A stretch of 40,910 bases of DNA. It comes from an uncultured Clostridia bacterium. GTDB taxonomy: Bacteria > Bacillota > Clostridia > Oscillospirales > Acutalibacteraceae. Where the stretch lies: positions 1-40,910 of the forward strand of contig CANONE010000001.1 of NCBI GenBank assembly GCA_947567585.1. The letters run 5' to 3'. Positions 16,686-26,617 of this stretch are shown piece after piece. Below the pieces are notes generated by a model. The model worked only from the letters and a program-made list of their open reading frames with translations. It did no database searches and was not told the origin of the DNA. The position numbers were made by a program, and so were the translations under genes. Positions within the stretch are counted from its first letter, which is position 1. The number at the start of each line of letters is the position of its first letter.

Positions 16686-18047
16686 CTACTCGATAACGAT
16701 GTCGCTCAGATTCTGTATCGCCATGTCGGCTGTGGCGACGGCAATGACGGAATCGCCGGCCTCGATGGTGTCGCCGCCGCTGGGGATAATGGTTTTGCCC
16801 CGGCGGTTGATGCAGGCGATGAGGGTGCCGGGCTTCAGCCGCAGCTTTGTCAGGGACTGGCCCAGAAACGGCAAGCCCTTCCCCACCTGGAACTCCAAAG
16901 CCTCCACCTTGTCCTCTACAATACGGTGCAGGGTTACAATGGACCCCCCGTGGCGGTTGCCCATGGCCCGGACATAGCTGACAATGCCGTTGCAGCACAG
17001 ATCCTTGGGGCTGACGGCGCAGTCGATGCCCTTGCCGGTAAGAACTTCGTTAAATTCTGTCCGGTTTATTTTTGTAATTACTTTATATACCCCCAGGTAG
17101 TTGGCATACATGGAGATAATAAGGTTTTCCTCGTCAAAATCAGTGAGGGTAACCACCGCGTCCGCCTGGGCAAGCCCCTCGGTGTCCAGGATGTTGCGGT
17201 CGGAGCCGTCTCCATGAATGACGGTGGCCTTAGGCAGCAGGTCGGAGAGCTGGGCGCAGCGTTCGGCATCTTTTTCGATGAGCTTCACGCTGACGCCCAC
17301 GCGCATCAGCTCCCCCGCCAGATAAATGGCAATGCGGCTGCCGCCGATAATCAGCACATTTTTAATTTTTCTCTGGGCGACTCCCAAGTTCCGCAGGAAT
17401 TTCGCCAAATTTCCGGAAGGGGCGGTGACATGGAGCCTGTCCCCGGCCCGCAGCTGAAAGCGGCCGTCTGGAATAAAGACCTCGCTGCCCCGCTGCACGG
17501 CGCACACCAGGACCTGGACCTTCACCTTTTTGGGAAAATCCATCAGCGTACACCCATCCAGAAAGCTGCCCTCCTCCAGCTCGATCTCCACAATCTCCAC
17601 CCGGCCCTTGGCAAAGGAATCCCGCCTAAGGAAGGAAGGATATTGCAGCAGCCGGAAAATCTCGCTGGCGGTGGAGAGCTCGGGGTTAATCATCATGGAC
17701 AGCCCCAGCTCGTCCTTCCAGTCGTAAAGCTGGCTGTAGTATTCCGGGTCCCGGACCCGGGCTATGGTATGCGCGCAGCCCAGCTTGTGCGCTGTGATGC
17801 AGCACAGAAGATTGGTTTCGTCCGCGGAGGTGGCGGCAATCAAAAGGTCGCTCCCGCCTACATTGGCCTGGTTTTGCACCTTGGTGGTGGCTCCGTTGCC
17901 ATGCACCACATTGATGTCCAAAGACTGCTGGGCCTCGGCCAGCACCAGCTTGTTGCTGTCGATGACCACCACGTCGTGGCCCTCCTTCGCCAGCTGAACC
18001 GTCAAGGCGGACCCCACCTTGCCGTCGCCCACGATCACAATTTTCAT
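16686..18047 (-). CDS. trkA: Trk potassium uptake NAD-binding subunit
   Basis: Two RCK-N/RCK-C pairs (MKIVIVGDGKVG; IIGGSRIA). Confidence 0.95.
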   Translation of the reverse strand: MKIVIVGDGKVGSALTVQLAKEGHDVVVIDSNKLVLAEAQQSLDINVVHGNGATTKVQNQANVGGSDLLIAATSADETNLLCCITAHKLGCAHTIARVRDPEYYSQLYDWKDELGLSMMINPELSTASEIFRLLQYPSFLRRDSFAKGRVEIVEIELEEGSFLDGCTLMDFPKKVKVQVLVCAVQRGSEVFIPDGRFQLRAGDRLHVTAPSGNLAKFLRNLGVAQRKIKNVLIIGGSRIAIYLAGELMRVGVSVKLIEKDAERCAQLSDLLPKATVIHGDGSDRNILDTEGLAQADAVVTLTDFDEENLIISMYANYLGVYKVITKINRTEFNEVLTGKGIDCAVSPKDLCCNGIVSYVRAMGNRHGGSIVTLHRIVEDKVEALEFQVGKGLPFLGQSLTKLRLKPGTLIACINRRGKTIIPSGGDTIEAGDSVIAVATADMAIQNLSDIVIE

Positions 18048-18101
18048 AAATCCGTACACTTCCCTTTCCCACAATCCGGCGAAGCTTTTCTCGCCTCGCT
18101 T

Positions 18102-18130
18102 ATCCTACCACAAAGCGGCTTAATTCGCAA
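18102..18130 (-). promoter_or_regulatory. Putative sigma-A promoter of trkAH
   Basis: TTGCGA-17bp-TAGGAT with TG extension. Confidence 0.5.
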
Positions 18131-18296
18131 GCCCTATTTAAGACCGCGGGACTCTCCTCATCTGCCGGTTCGGCCGATGCTTGACGGTCTCTGCACCTTG
18201 GCTTCGTCAGGTACCAGGAGACCAGCGCCCCTTGCATTTTGGGGGAAAAGGTTTATAATGGGGGTGGAAGATAAAATTTGATTAGGAGGAATCTTT

Positions 18297-18671
18297 ATGA
18301 ATCAAACGATTACGGCGGAGAACGCGCCCGCAGCCGTGGGGCCCTATTGCCATGCCAAGCTGGCTGGAAACACCCTGTATACCTCCGGGCAGCTGGGCTT
18401 GGTTCCCTCTACCGGAGAGCTGCCGGAGGGCGTGGAGGCTCAGGCCGCCCAGGCGCTGGACAATCTGCAGGCCGTTCTGGCGGCGGCGGGCATGGGCCTG
18501 GCGGATGTGGTGAAAACCACGGTATTCCTACAGGATATCCATGATTTTGCCGCCATCAACGCCATTTATGCCCGGTACTTTACCGGGGAAGCGCCGGCCC
18601 GCTCCTGCGTGCAGGTGGCGGCTCTTCCCAAGGGCGCGCTGTTTGAGATTGAGGCGGTGGCCGTAAAGTAA
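18297..18671 (+). CDS. ridA: RidA family reactive imine deaminase
   Basis: APAAVGPY, SGQLGL, VVKTTVFL, PARSCVQVAALPKGALFEIEAVA; AGGAGG RBS and TTGCAT-16bp-TATAAT promoter. Confidence 0.95.
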   Translation: MNQTITAENAPAAVGPYCHAKLAGNTLYTSGQLGLVPSTGELPEGVEAQAAQALDNLQAVLAAAGMGLADVVKTTVFLQDIHDFAAINAIYARYFTGEAPARSCVQVAALPKGALFEIEAVAVK

Positions 18672-18690
18672 CCCCGCCGCTGCGCAAAAA

Positions 18691-18722
18691 GGGCGAAGCC
18701 AGGTATAGGCTCCGCCCTATTT
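18691..18722. terminator. Hairpin between convergent genes
   Basis: GGGCGAAGCC...GGCTCCGCCC with A-run before and TATTT after. Confidence 0.5.
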
Positions 18723-18747
18723 CTTGCCATTCGTAGGGAAGTTCCGC

Positions 18748-20013
18748 TTACTTTTTCTGCTGCGCCAGCCACTCCAGCAGGCTGACCTCTTGGCCGTTGA
18801 TGGTAACCGGCTGGCCGTCGTAGTCCAGGCGGCAGTCGTCGTTGAGCATAGGGATCCAGGCGAAATGCCCCAGATATTCAAAGGGCTTGCCCTCCGCGTC
18901 CCGGAAGCCCTCGTGAATATCCTCGATCTTGTCCCAGAAGGTGAAGTGGATATTTTTCCCGCCTGCGGCCACCAGGCGCTTGTAGGTAGGCTCCACAGTT
19001 TCCTCCGGCTTTACCACAGGGTCGTTTTTGGCGTGGGTGAACCAGATGGCCTTGTCTTTGATGCTCTTAATATCTTCATCGGAAATGGTTTCGTCATACA
19101 GGGCCTCGCACACCGGGAAGGCCGCCGCGAACAGCTCCGGGTAATTGATGAGCATCCGCATGGTCATAAAGCCGCCGTTGCTGTCCCCGCCGATGTAAAC
19201 CCGGTCCCGGTCAATGTTCCCGGTCTTCTCAATGAACTCGTCAATGCAGGCTTTCAGGGCCCGGCAATAGATGCTGGTACCGGTGCGGCCGTATTCGCCG
19301 GTGCCGTCGTTCATCCAGAAGGTCTTGGTCTGGGGGGCCAGCACATAGGCCCCGCCAAAGAGCTTCTGCACCCTGGGAGAGCTTAGGGCCACCACCTTAT
19401 TGCCGGTATAGGCCACGGTGGGGTCTACGCCGCCCTCCCCCGCGCCATGGAGCCAAATCAGCAGAGGCCGGGGGCCGGCCTGGGCCTCTCTGGGCGCAAA
19501 GCAGCCGTAGTTAAGGGGTTCCTGCTCATCGTGGGAGCTGGCGTTCACCCAGCCTTCCTTCTGAGGATAGAAGTCCCCCATGGGGTAATCGTACACCATC
19601 CCCGCGACGGGGCCCTCAGAGCCCTCCAGGGCCTTGGTCTGGGTAACGGTATAGCGTGTGTTCACGTAGACGTTCAGGCCCTTCGGCGCCGAGATACGGG
19701 AGGACAGCTGGCACAGGGGGCCATATGCCAGTTCCAGGGCGATATAGCCCCCCTCTTCCGCCGGCTCGCCGGCCTGGGTGGAGGGATATGCCTTCTCCAC
19801 AGGGACATATCCCTGGCTGGGCTCTTTGTCGTCCAGAGCCATCCAGCTTTTGGGCAGCATCAGCAGCTCCCCCTTTTCATCCGTGCGCTCTACCCAGACT
19901 GAGAACGCCGAGGGATCCGCTTCCTTGACGCTGCCCGGTACCGGCAAAATGAGTTTGGTGACGTAGGGGCCATAATCCGTAATGACTGTCTTTGTGTAGT
20001 ATCCTTTTCTCAT
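18748..20013 (-). CDS. Alpha/beta-hydrolase (predicted esterase/peptidase) with N-terminal accessory domain
   Basis: IWLHGAGEGG, VLAPQ, nucleophile elbow GDSNGG, HAKNDPVV, GHFAW. Confidence 0.85.
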   Translation of the reverse strand: MRKGYYTKTVITDYGPYVTKLILPVPGSVKEADPSAFSVWVERTDEKGELLMLPKSWMALDDKEPSQGYVPVEKAYPSTQAGEPAEEGGYIALELAYGPLCQLSSRISAPKGLNVYVNTRYTVTQTKALEGSEGPVAGMVYDYPMGDFYPQKEGWVNASSHDEQEPLNYGCFAPREAQAGPRPLLIWLHGAGEGGVDPTVAYTGNKVVALSSPRVQKLFGGAYVLAPQTKTFWMNDGTGEYGRTGTSIYCRALKACIDEFIEKTGNIDRDRVYIGGDSNGGFMTMRMLINYPELFAAAFPVCEALYDETISDEDIKSIKDKAIWFTHAKNDPVVKPEETVEPTYKRLVAAGGKNIHFTFWDKIEDIHEGFRDAEGKPFEYLGHFAWIPMLNDDCRLDYDGQPVTINGQEVSLLEWLAQQKK

Positions 20014-20078
20014 GGGAATCAACCTTTCCGCCTCCAGCGCCCGCTGGGGCCTTTTGTTATTTTTCGGGCTTTTCGCCC

Positions 20079-21593
20079 TCAATCCACCTGTCTTAGACGT
20101 ACGGCCATGTACTCCTTGCCAGGCAGCGGAATACGGAACTTTCCGCTGTGTACCCCGGCGTCCGTAATGGTCATCTCCCAGGTATCAATAATCTCCGCCT
20201 TCCACTTGCCCTCGGGCTTCATGAAGTCCCTAAAGCTGGGCCGGCCAAAGCCATAGTAGTGGATCTCATAGCCAGTGGTAAACAGGGCCGCCACGTCCTC
20301 CGGCACGCCCACCGTCTCGTCAAAGCTGCCCTGGCCCCGCTTAAGGCCGCAGCCGGGAGTCTCGCAAAGAATCCCGTGCAGGAACTTGATGCGCGCCGGA
20401 CTCTCCCCGTGCAGCTCTCCGCCGTGGCTCCACCAGAGGATGTCGTTTTCCTCATCCACAAAGGTCTCCCCGTGGCCCGCGTAGCCGCCCCGCATACCGG
20501 CCTCCCAGAAGCGGCGGGTCAGCTCCTGGCCGGAGATATTGCCCCAGCCCATGTCGATGTTGCCCTCGTAGCTGATTTCATCCCACACAATGGGCTTGCC
20601 CCAGCGGGTGCGGTACTCGTCGGTATACTCCACATGACGGTACAAGTCCTGTCTTTGCAGGCTGGCATGGGTGATCCAGGGCCGGGAGTGGTCATAGAAG
20701 GCCATACAGTTATGTATACCTCTCAGGTGGTTATAGGGATCCTTCTCACAGATGATCTTTGCGTAGCGCTCCCAGTCCTCCAGCTTCTTTACGAACATCA
20801 GGTCATATTCATTGGCCAGGCTCCACCACACGTTGCGGTAGGCGGCGAACCGGGCGATCACATATTTCCAGTAGAGATCGTCCTGCTGGGCGGTCATGGA
20901 TTTGAAGCCCCAGCGGTCATAGGGGTGCATGACGATGATATCGGCCTCTATCCCCCGCTCTTGAAGCTCCATGATACACCGCTCAATGCGCCGGAAGTGC
21001 TCCGGGTTAAAGCGGGTGAAATCCCAGTGATTGCCGGAGACGTCCATCTCATAGCTGAAGGTTTCCTCCGAGAGGCCGGAGTTGTCCATGGGCGTGCCCT
21101 CGTAGGGGAAGGTCATGGGGTCCCGGAAATTGTGGATATAGTGCTTGGGAAACACGCAGAAGCGTATTTTGTTAAAGTACCCCTTGTCCAGCTCCTTTAA
21201 GGTCTTTTGGTGGACTTCCTCCGGCTGATGGGCCCAGGCGTAGCAGGTTGTTCCTACGGAGTAGTAGGGCGTAGCGTCCTCATAGGCGAAGTGGTACTGG
21301 TTTGCCACCCGCATGGGCCCATGGTTCCCCTCGCTGGGCGGCGTGACGGTGAAGGCCCCGGTAACGGTTTCGCCGAAAGTCCCGCTCAGCTCATAGGTGT
21401 ACTCCCCTTCAAAGCTGGGCATGAAGCGGGCCTTATAGATACCCTCGCCGTCGTAAAAGCCGTCCACCGTGACGGTCTCGTTCTTGCCTTTGAATGTGGC
21501 TGTGCAGGTGTAGTCTGTGAAGGGGTTGCCCTCTGTTCTCCCTGGGGCGCCCACCTCCAGCATCCCCCATTTCTCTACGGCTTGCATAACCAT
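20079..21593 (-). CDS. DUF5060/DUF4038/DUF5605 glycoside hydrolase (apiosidase, GH140-like)
   Basis: GFYDGEGIYKARFMP, GTTCYAW, FNKIRFCVFPK, WWSLANEYD, DEISYEG, GGYAGHGET. Confidence 0.8.
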   Translation of the reverse strand: MVMQAVEKWGMLEVGAPGRTEGNPFTDYTCTATFKGKNETVTVDGFYDGEGIYKARFMPSFEGEYTYELSGTFGETVTGAFTVTPPSEGNHGPMRVANQYHFAYEDATPYYSVGTTCYAWAHQPEEVHQKTLKELDKGYFNKIRFCVFPKHYIHNFRDPMTFPYEGTPMDNSGLSEETFSYEMDVSGNHWDFTRFNPEHFRRIERCIMELQERGIEADIIVMHPYDRWGFKSMTAQQDDLYWKYVIARFAAYRNVWWSLANEYDLMFVKKLEDWERYAKIICEKDPYNHLRGIHNCMAFYDHSRPWITHASLQRQDLYRHVEYTDEYRTRWGKPIVWDEISYEGNIDMGWGNISGQELTRRFWEAGMRGGYAGHGETFVDEENDILWWSHGGELHGESPARIKFLHGILCETPGCGLKRGQGSFDETVGVPEDVAALFTTGYEIHYYGFGRPSFRDFMKPEGKWKAEIIDTWEMTITDAGVHSGKFRIPLPGKEYMAVRLRQVD

Positions 21594-21785
21594 TTCTCCT
21601 CTCTATTGCGGCGTTTCAACCGCCTTTTTCAGCCTGTCTTATGCCTTTAGCCCCAAGCTCCATCCTTCTGCGGCCGGCAGTCCCTGGTCCTTTACTGCAT
21701 ATAACTCCGGCAAGTGGACGCGAAGCCCAGCTTCATGGTTGACATGAACAATCTTTCTCGTGAGCCACAAAATACTCTATGAAGC

Positions 21786-21814
21786 ATTGTACAACATTTT
21801 TCTATAAAAATCAA
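21786..21814 (-). promoter_or_regulatory. Putative sigma-A promoter of the glycosidase-esterase operon
   Basis: TTGATT-17bp-TACAAT with TG extension. Confidence 0.55.
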
Positions 21815-21914
21815 GATTTTAGGTAAAATAGAGTATGCCGGGGGCCGGGGGGAAGACGCTGTCCATCCCGCCTCCTTTTGGTCATCTGGAAGCCGGCGCC
21901 GGTGCAAAAATGCT

Positions 21915-21943
21915 TTGACTTCCCTATTCTGATATGCTATACT
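21915..21943 (+). promoter_or_regulatory. Sigma-A promoter
   Basis: TTGACT-17bp-TATACT with TG extension. Confidence 0.7.
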
Positions 21944-22070
21944 CAAATCCATCAAAAGCAGATAGGGCAAGGGCAATGGAGGCCATACGCAGAGAAACTT
22001 TCGGCAATACCGCACAATTCTAAGTACTGTATTGCCTTTACAAAAATCCTGAAAGGAGCGGTTAATAAGT

Positions 22071-22925
22071 ATGGAACGGCAATTTCCCCGTACACAGGTG
22101 GAGGGCGTGTCTGTGTCCCGTATGCTGATTGGCACAAACTGGCTTTTGGGCTGGAGCCACACCAGCATATCCGCAGATGAGATGATTAAGCGGCGGTACG
22201 ACAGCGCGGAAGCGTTTAAGCCGGTTTTGGAGGCGTACCTGCGCCATGGGGTGGACAGCATCATGGCCCCTTTTGGCCTGTCCCCGGAGCTTACCCGAGC
22301 GGTGAAGGAGACGGAGCAGCATATGGGGCGGGAAATGATTATGATCGATACCCCTACCCTGGATGTGGCGGATTCCGCCGAGGCCCGGCGGAAATCCCGG
22401 CAGATGGTACGGGATTCCGCAAAAAACGGGGCAAAAATCTGCCTGATCCACCACTCTGCAGCGGAACAGCTGGTTAATAAGAACCTGGGGCGGATCCTGC
22501 GCTTGGACGACTATACCGAAATGATCCGGGACGCGGGTATGGTTCCCGGCCTTTCCGCGCATATGCCGGAGCTGGTGGTCTATTCCGACCAGAACGGCTA
22601 CGATGTGCAGACCTACATTCAGATTTTCAACTGCATGGGCTTCCTGATGCAGGTGGAAATTGAAACCGTGGCCTCTATTATCCACCACGCCAAAAAGCCG
22701 GTAATGACCATCAAGTCCATGGCGGCAGGCCGCTGCTCCCCTTATGTGGGGCTCACCTTCTCCTGGAACGCCATTCGGCCCCAGGATATGGTTACGGTAG
22801 GCGCTTTCACCCCTGACGAAGCGGAAGAGGACATTGAAATCTCCCTGGCGGCTCTGGAACATCGCTTCCCTGATTTAGAGAAGCGCGGCAGCCCCAATCA
22901 GGCCCAAGCCGCATTTGGAAAGTAA
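22071..22925 (+). CDS. Conserved hypothetical protein, aldo/keto-reductase-like fold
   Basis: PRTQVEGVSVSRMLIGTN start, PGLSAH, KPVMTIKSMAAGR; AAAGGAG RBS. Confidence 0.7.
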   Translation: MERQFPRTQVEGVSVSRMLIGTNWLLGWSHTSISADEMIKRRYDSAEAFKPVLEAYLRHGVDSIMAPFGLSPELTRAVKETEQHMGREMIMIDTPTLDVADSAEARRKSRQMVRDSAKNGAKICLIHHSAAEQLVNKNLGRILRLDDYTEMIRDAGMVPGLSAHMPELVVYSDQNGYDVQTYIQIFNCMGFLMQVEIETVASIIHHAKKPVMTIKSMAAGRCSPYVGLTFSWNAIRPQDMVTVGAFTPDEAEEDIEISLAALEHRFPDLEKRGSPNQAQAAFGK

Positions 22926-23113
22926 GAGCTCCGCCCTTATAATGAAGCTGCATCGTTTTTTCGGCTGTGGATTGATTACCCAATGAATTCCCATGTTGGG
23001 GGCGGTAGAACTTCTTGCCATGTGGGAAATGCGTCCCCGCGCATTACAAAGCAAGGCTCCTTTCGCCCCTACTGCATAACAAAGGGCATGTGGAAAGGCG
23101 CGGGCTCCTTCAT

Positions 23114-23168
23114 GCAAAAAGCGGCGTTTCTGTTCTCCCGTGCAGGGATAGAGAAACGCCGCTTTTGC
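23114..23168. terminator. Bidirectional terminator
   Basis: GCAAAAAGCGGCGTTTCT...AGAAACGCCGCTTTTGC between convergent genes. Confidence 0.75.
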
Positions 23169-23248
23169 GCCATATTCAATTATTGTTTATTCCTGCCGTA
23201 CAGGGCGGCGGAGTACGCGAAAAACAGTATAACTCCGTCCTGCCGGCT

Positions 23249-23788
23249 TCAATATTCACTTATGGAACCGCCGCCAACTCGTCCCTCTTCCTTTCGCAGC
23301 TCGTTTCCCAGCGCTTCCATAACCATGACTTCCCGGTTTAGCCAAGGAGAACCGCATTCCTTTAAAAGCCTCCGGTTCTCTTCCAGCGCCGCGCTCAGCG
23401 GAACCCACTCCGGCAGGAAGTTCTCCTCGGCCTCATAGCCGTCCAGCGCCAGCGGAACGGGCTCGCCCTCTACCCCACAAAAATAGTAGTAGGAGTCCAT
23501 CTCCAAAATGTCGGCGGTCCTCCCTTTGCGCCGCTCGTGGACCAGGGCCCACAGCTGGGAATCCCCCGCCACATGGTACCCGGCCTCTTCTAAGACCTCC
23601 CGGGCCAAAGCGGTTTCCAGAGATTCCCCTGGTTCCACGCCGCCGCCGGGGAACTTATAGTCTCCCGCGCCGGTGTGGATCAGCAGGAGCTTTCCCTCTC
23701 TGAAAATGACGCCCCGGGCCGCCGTGCGCTGGTAGACGCTGCCCTTTTCCGGCAGTCCGGAAGCTTCCAAACGGATTTCCACCATCAT
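23249..23788 (-). CDS. NUDIX hydrolase
   Basis: Nudix box FPGGGVEPGESLETALAREVLEEAGY. Confidence 0.92.
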   Translation of the reverse strand: MMVEIRLEASGLPEKGSVYQRTAARGVIFREGKLLLIHTGAGDYKFPGGGVEPGESLETALAREVLEEAGYHVAGDSQLWALVHERRKGRTADILEMDSYYYFCGVEGEPVPLALDGYEAEENFLPEWVPLSAALEENRRLLKECGSPWLNREVMVMEALGNELRKEEGRVGGGSISEY

Positions 23789-25183
23789 TTAGCGCTCCTT
23801 TTGGCTGAGATTATCATGTATGGCCTTTGCCGCCGTCTTCCCAGCTCCCATAGCGAGAATAACAGTGGCCGCCCCCGTGACGGCGTCCCCGCCCGCGTAT
23901 ACATGGGGCCGGCTGGTAAGCCCGGTGTCCTCCTCCACCAGGATACCGCCCCATTTCTGGGTTTCCAGCCCCCGGGTGGTGGATTTGATCAGCGGGTTGG
24001 GGCTGGTGCCGATGGCCATAATGACGCAGTCCACATCCAGCACAAACTCGGAGCCCTCCTTTTCCACCGGGCGGCGGCGGCCGGAAGCGTCGGGCTCTCC
24101 CAAAGTCATTTCCAGGCATTCCATACCACAGACAGCCCCGGTTTCATCCCCCAGAATCCTGGTGGGATTGTTCAAAAGCTTAAAGATAATTCCTTCCTCT
24201 TTGGCGTGCTCCACTTCCTCCGCCCGGGCGGGCAGCTCCTTTTCCGAGCGCCGGTAGACGATGTAAACCGTCTCGGCCCCCAAGCGCTGGGCACAGCGGG
24301 CCGCGTCCATGGCCACGTTGCCGCCCCCTACCACGGCCACACGCTTTGCGTGCTGGATGGGCGTGTCGGAATCCGGCAGATACGCTTTCATCAGATTGAC
24401 TCGAGTCAGAAACTCATTGGCGGAGTATACGCCCTTTAAATTTTCGCCGGGAATGTTCATAAACCGGGGCAGCCCCGCCCCCGAGCCGATAAACACCGCC
24501 TCAAAGCCCTGCTCCAGCAGCTCGTCCACAGAGAGGGTCCGGCCGATGACCATGTTGGTCTCGATTTTTACGCCCATAGCCTTCAGGCCGTCGATTTCCT
24601 TTTGTACAATGGCTTTTGGCAGGCGGAATTCCGGAATGCCATAGACCAGCACCCCCCCCGGGGTGTGCAGCGCCTCGAAGATGGTAACGGCATATCCCAG
24701 CCTGGCCAAATCTCCCGCGCAGGTAAGGCCGGAGGGCCCAGAACCTACAATGGCAACCCGATGGCCGTTGGGCGCGGCCTTTTGGGGCGCTTCCGATCCA
24801 TGGGCATTGTGCCAGTCGGCGGCAAACCGTTCCAGGCGGCCGATGGCTACCGGCTCCCCTTTGATCCCCCGGACGCAGCGCTGCTCGCACTGGCTTTCCT
24901 GGGGACAGACCCGCCCGCACACCGCGGGCAGAGCGCTGCTTTGGGCGATCACTTGATAGGCCCCCTCAAAATCCCCCTGGGCCATATGCTGGATAAAGTC
25001 GGGGATAACGATATTCACTGGGCACCCGGCCACGCAGGGCTTGTTTTTGCAGCCCAGACAGCGCTTTGCCTCGTCAATGGCCTGCTCCTCCGTGTAGCCT
25101 AGGGCCACTTCCTGGAAGTTCTTGTTGCGGACATGGGGAGCCTGAGAGGGCATCTCGTTTTTCTTTAAAGACATATTAGGCAT
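23789..25183 (-). CDS. nfnB: GltD-like flavoprotein, probable NfnB/SudA subunit of electron-bifurcating transhydrogenase
   Basis: RCLGC..PCVAGCP, CGRVCPQESQCE, GSGPSG, YGIPEFRL, GGGNVAMD, AGGDAVTGAATV; paired with an NfnA-type gene. Confidence 0.88.
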   Translation of the reverse strand: MPNMSLKKNEMPSQAPHVRNKNFQEVALGYTEEQAIDEAKRCLGCKNKPCVAGCPVNIVIPDFIQHMAQGDFEGAYQVIAQSSALPAVCGRVCPQESQCEQRCVRGIKGEPVAIGRLERFAADWHNAHGSEAPQKAAPNGHRVAIVGSGPSGLTCAGDLARLGYAVTIFEALHTPGGVLVYGIPEFRLPKAIVQKEIDGLKAMGVKIETNMVIGRTLSVDELLEQGFEAVFIGSGAGLPRFMNIPGENLKGVYSANEFLTRVNLMKAYLPDSDTPIQHAKRVAVVGGGNVAMDAARCAQRLGAETVYIVYRRSEKELPARAEEVEHAKEEGIIFKLLNNPTRILGDETGAVCGMECLEMTLGEPDASGRRRPVEKEGSEFVLDVDCVIMAIGTSPNPLIKSTTRGLETQKWGGILVEEDTGLTSRPHVYAGGDAVTGAATVILAMGAGKTAAKAIHDNLSQKER

Positions 25184-25211
25184 GATTGATTTTCATCCTT
25201 TCTACATAAGG

Positions 25212-26066
25212 TTATGCTTTTCCCTCTCTGAACAAATGACAGGTTTCCTCATGAGCATGCCGCTCGAAATCTCTGTACATAGCCCCCCGGGCCATGGCCT
25301 CGTCGAAGTCCACCTCATAGCCGTCGAAGTCCGGGCCGTCGACGCAGGCAAACTTTGTAACCCGCTTTCCGTCCTGGTTCAGGGTAAGGCGGCACCCGCC
25401 GCACATGCCGGTACCGTCAATCATGATGGGATTCATGCTGACAGTGGTGGGAATTCCAAACTCCTTTGTCAGCTTTACCACAAATTTCATCATGACCAGC
25501 GGCCCAATGGCAATCACCCGGTCATACGCCTGGCCGCTCTCTATGAGCTCCCGCAGCGCGTCGGTAACCAAACCCTTCTTGCCTTGAGAGCCGTCGTCCG
25601 TCATGAGGACGTATTTGCCGCTGGCAGCTCGGAACTCGTCCTCCAGGATCACCAGGTCCCTGTTGCGGAACCCCACGACGCTATGGACCTCGGCCCCCTG
25701 CTCATGCAGCTTTTTGGCCACGGGATAGGCGATTGCGCAGCCTACGCCGCCGCCTACTACCGCGACCTTTCGCAGGCCCTCCGTATGGGTGGGCACGCCC
25801 AAAGGGCCGGCAAAGTCCCGGATGCTGTCGCCCTCATGAAGCCGGTTCAGCTTCTCTGTGGTTGCGCCAACAATTTGAAAAATAATGGTAACAAGGCCCC
25901 GCTCCCGGTTAAAATCGGCGATGGTCAGCGGTATGCGCTCTCCTCTTTCATCCACCCGCAGAATAATAAACTGCCCTGGCTCCGCCTTTCGGGCCACGGC
26001 GGGCGCTTCTATTTCCATCAGCGTGACAGTGGGGTTCAATTGTCGTTTTTTGCAAATCTTGTACAA
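25212..26066 (-). CDS. nfnA: NfnA/SudB-type ferredoxin-NADP reductase subunit (TTG start inferred)
   Basis: GERIPLTIAD, GGGVGCA, IGPLVMMK, DGTGMCGGCR...ACVDGPDFDG. Confidence 0.88.
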   Translation of the reverse strand: MYKICKKRQLNPTVTLMEIEAPAVARKAEPGQFIILRVDERGERIPLTIADFNRERGLVTIIFQIVGATTEKLNRLHEGDSIRDFAGPLGVPTHTEGLRKVAVVGGGVGCAIAYPVAKKLHEQGAEVHSVVGFRNRDLVILEDEFRAASGKYVLMTDDGSQGKKGLVTDALRELIESGQAYDRVIAIGPLVMMKFVVKLTKEFGIPTTVSMNPIMIDGTGMCGGCRLTLNQDGKRVTKFACVDGPDFDGYEVDFDEAMARGAMYRDFERHAHEETCHLFREGKA

Positions 26067-26133
26067 GCGTATCACGATCCTCATAAAGGGTATTTTGAAT
26101 TTTCTGCCTGCCGAACTTGCAGGTTCGGAAATG

Positions 26134-26162
26134 ATTATACCACTTCCGGCAAAAAAAAGCAA
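26134..26162 (-). promoter_or_regulatory. Sigma-A promoter of nfnAB
   Basis: TTGCTT-17bp-TATAAT with TG extension. Confidence 0.7.
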
Positions 26163-26334
26163 CCGGGAGATGCTTCCGGGAAGGGAAAGGCAAATAAAAA
26201 GATCAGGCGGCGCAAGGCCAAAGGGCCCAGGCGGCCTAATCTTCTTTGTAAAGAGGCGGGCGATGGATGGAACCAGAGGGTAAGGCAGCGTTGCTGACAT
26301 CCGGCGCAGGCGCAGTCGGGGAGGGTCTGCTGAT

Positions 26335-26552
26335 GAACGGCCCAGCCAGCGGAATAAAAGCCGGCTCCTTTGCGACAAAGCCCTGTACTTCTATGGCGTC
26401 GCCGGCAGCGCGAATGTTGGGAATATTGGTTCTCATGCGGCTGTCAACAATTATGCCGCCCCGCTGGTTGGTGTAAATGCCGCAGTCTTTTGCCAGCGCG
26501 GTTTCCGGGCGGACGCGCCTCCGGCAACGACGCCGATCACGACAGCTTTCAT
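26335..26552 (-). pseudogene. Internally deleted CoA-disulfide reductase / NADH oxidase remnant
   Basis: MKAVVIGVVAGGASA in one frame joined to GVRPETALAKDCGIYTNQRGGIIVDSRMRTNIPNIRAAGDAIEV...IPLAGP in another. Confidence 0.8.
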
Positions 26553-26617
26553 GCTATTCATCCGGCCTTCTTCAAAAAATAGTAAGCTCTACCGGCATAA
26601 GTTCCTACATGGTGAGA

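Noticed and set aside
18048..18230. Possible c-di-AMP riboswitch upstream of trkA
   Set aside because: Promoter is only ~55 nt from the start and no ydaO-type motif is visible.
21594..21785. Riboswitch or 43-aa ORF in the glycosidase leader
   Set aside because: No recognisable aptamer, no clear terminator, no RBS for the ORF.
22975..23112. Partial direct repeat (CATGTGG...GGCTCCTT) and a 22-aa minus-strand ORF
   Set aside because: Short and gapped match, no promoter found; could be chance.
23789..25183. Glutamate synthase
   Set aside because: No large subunit in the window; pairing with an NfnA/SudB-type gene favours NfnAB.
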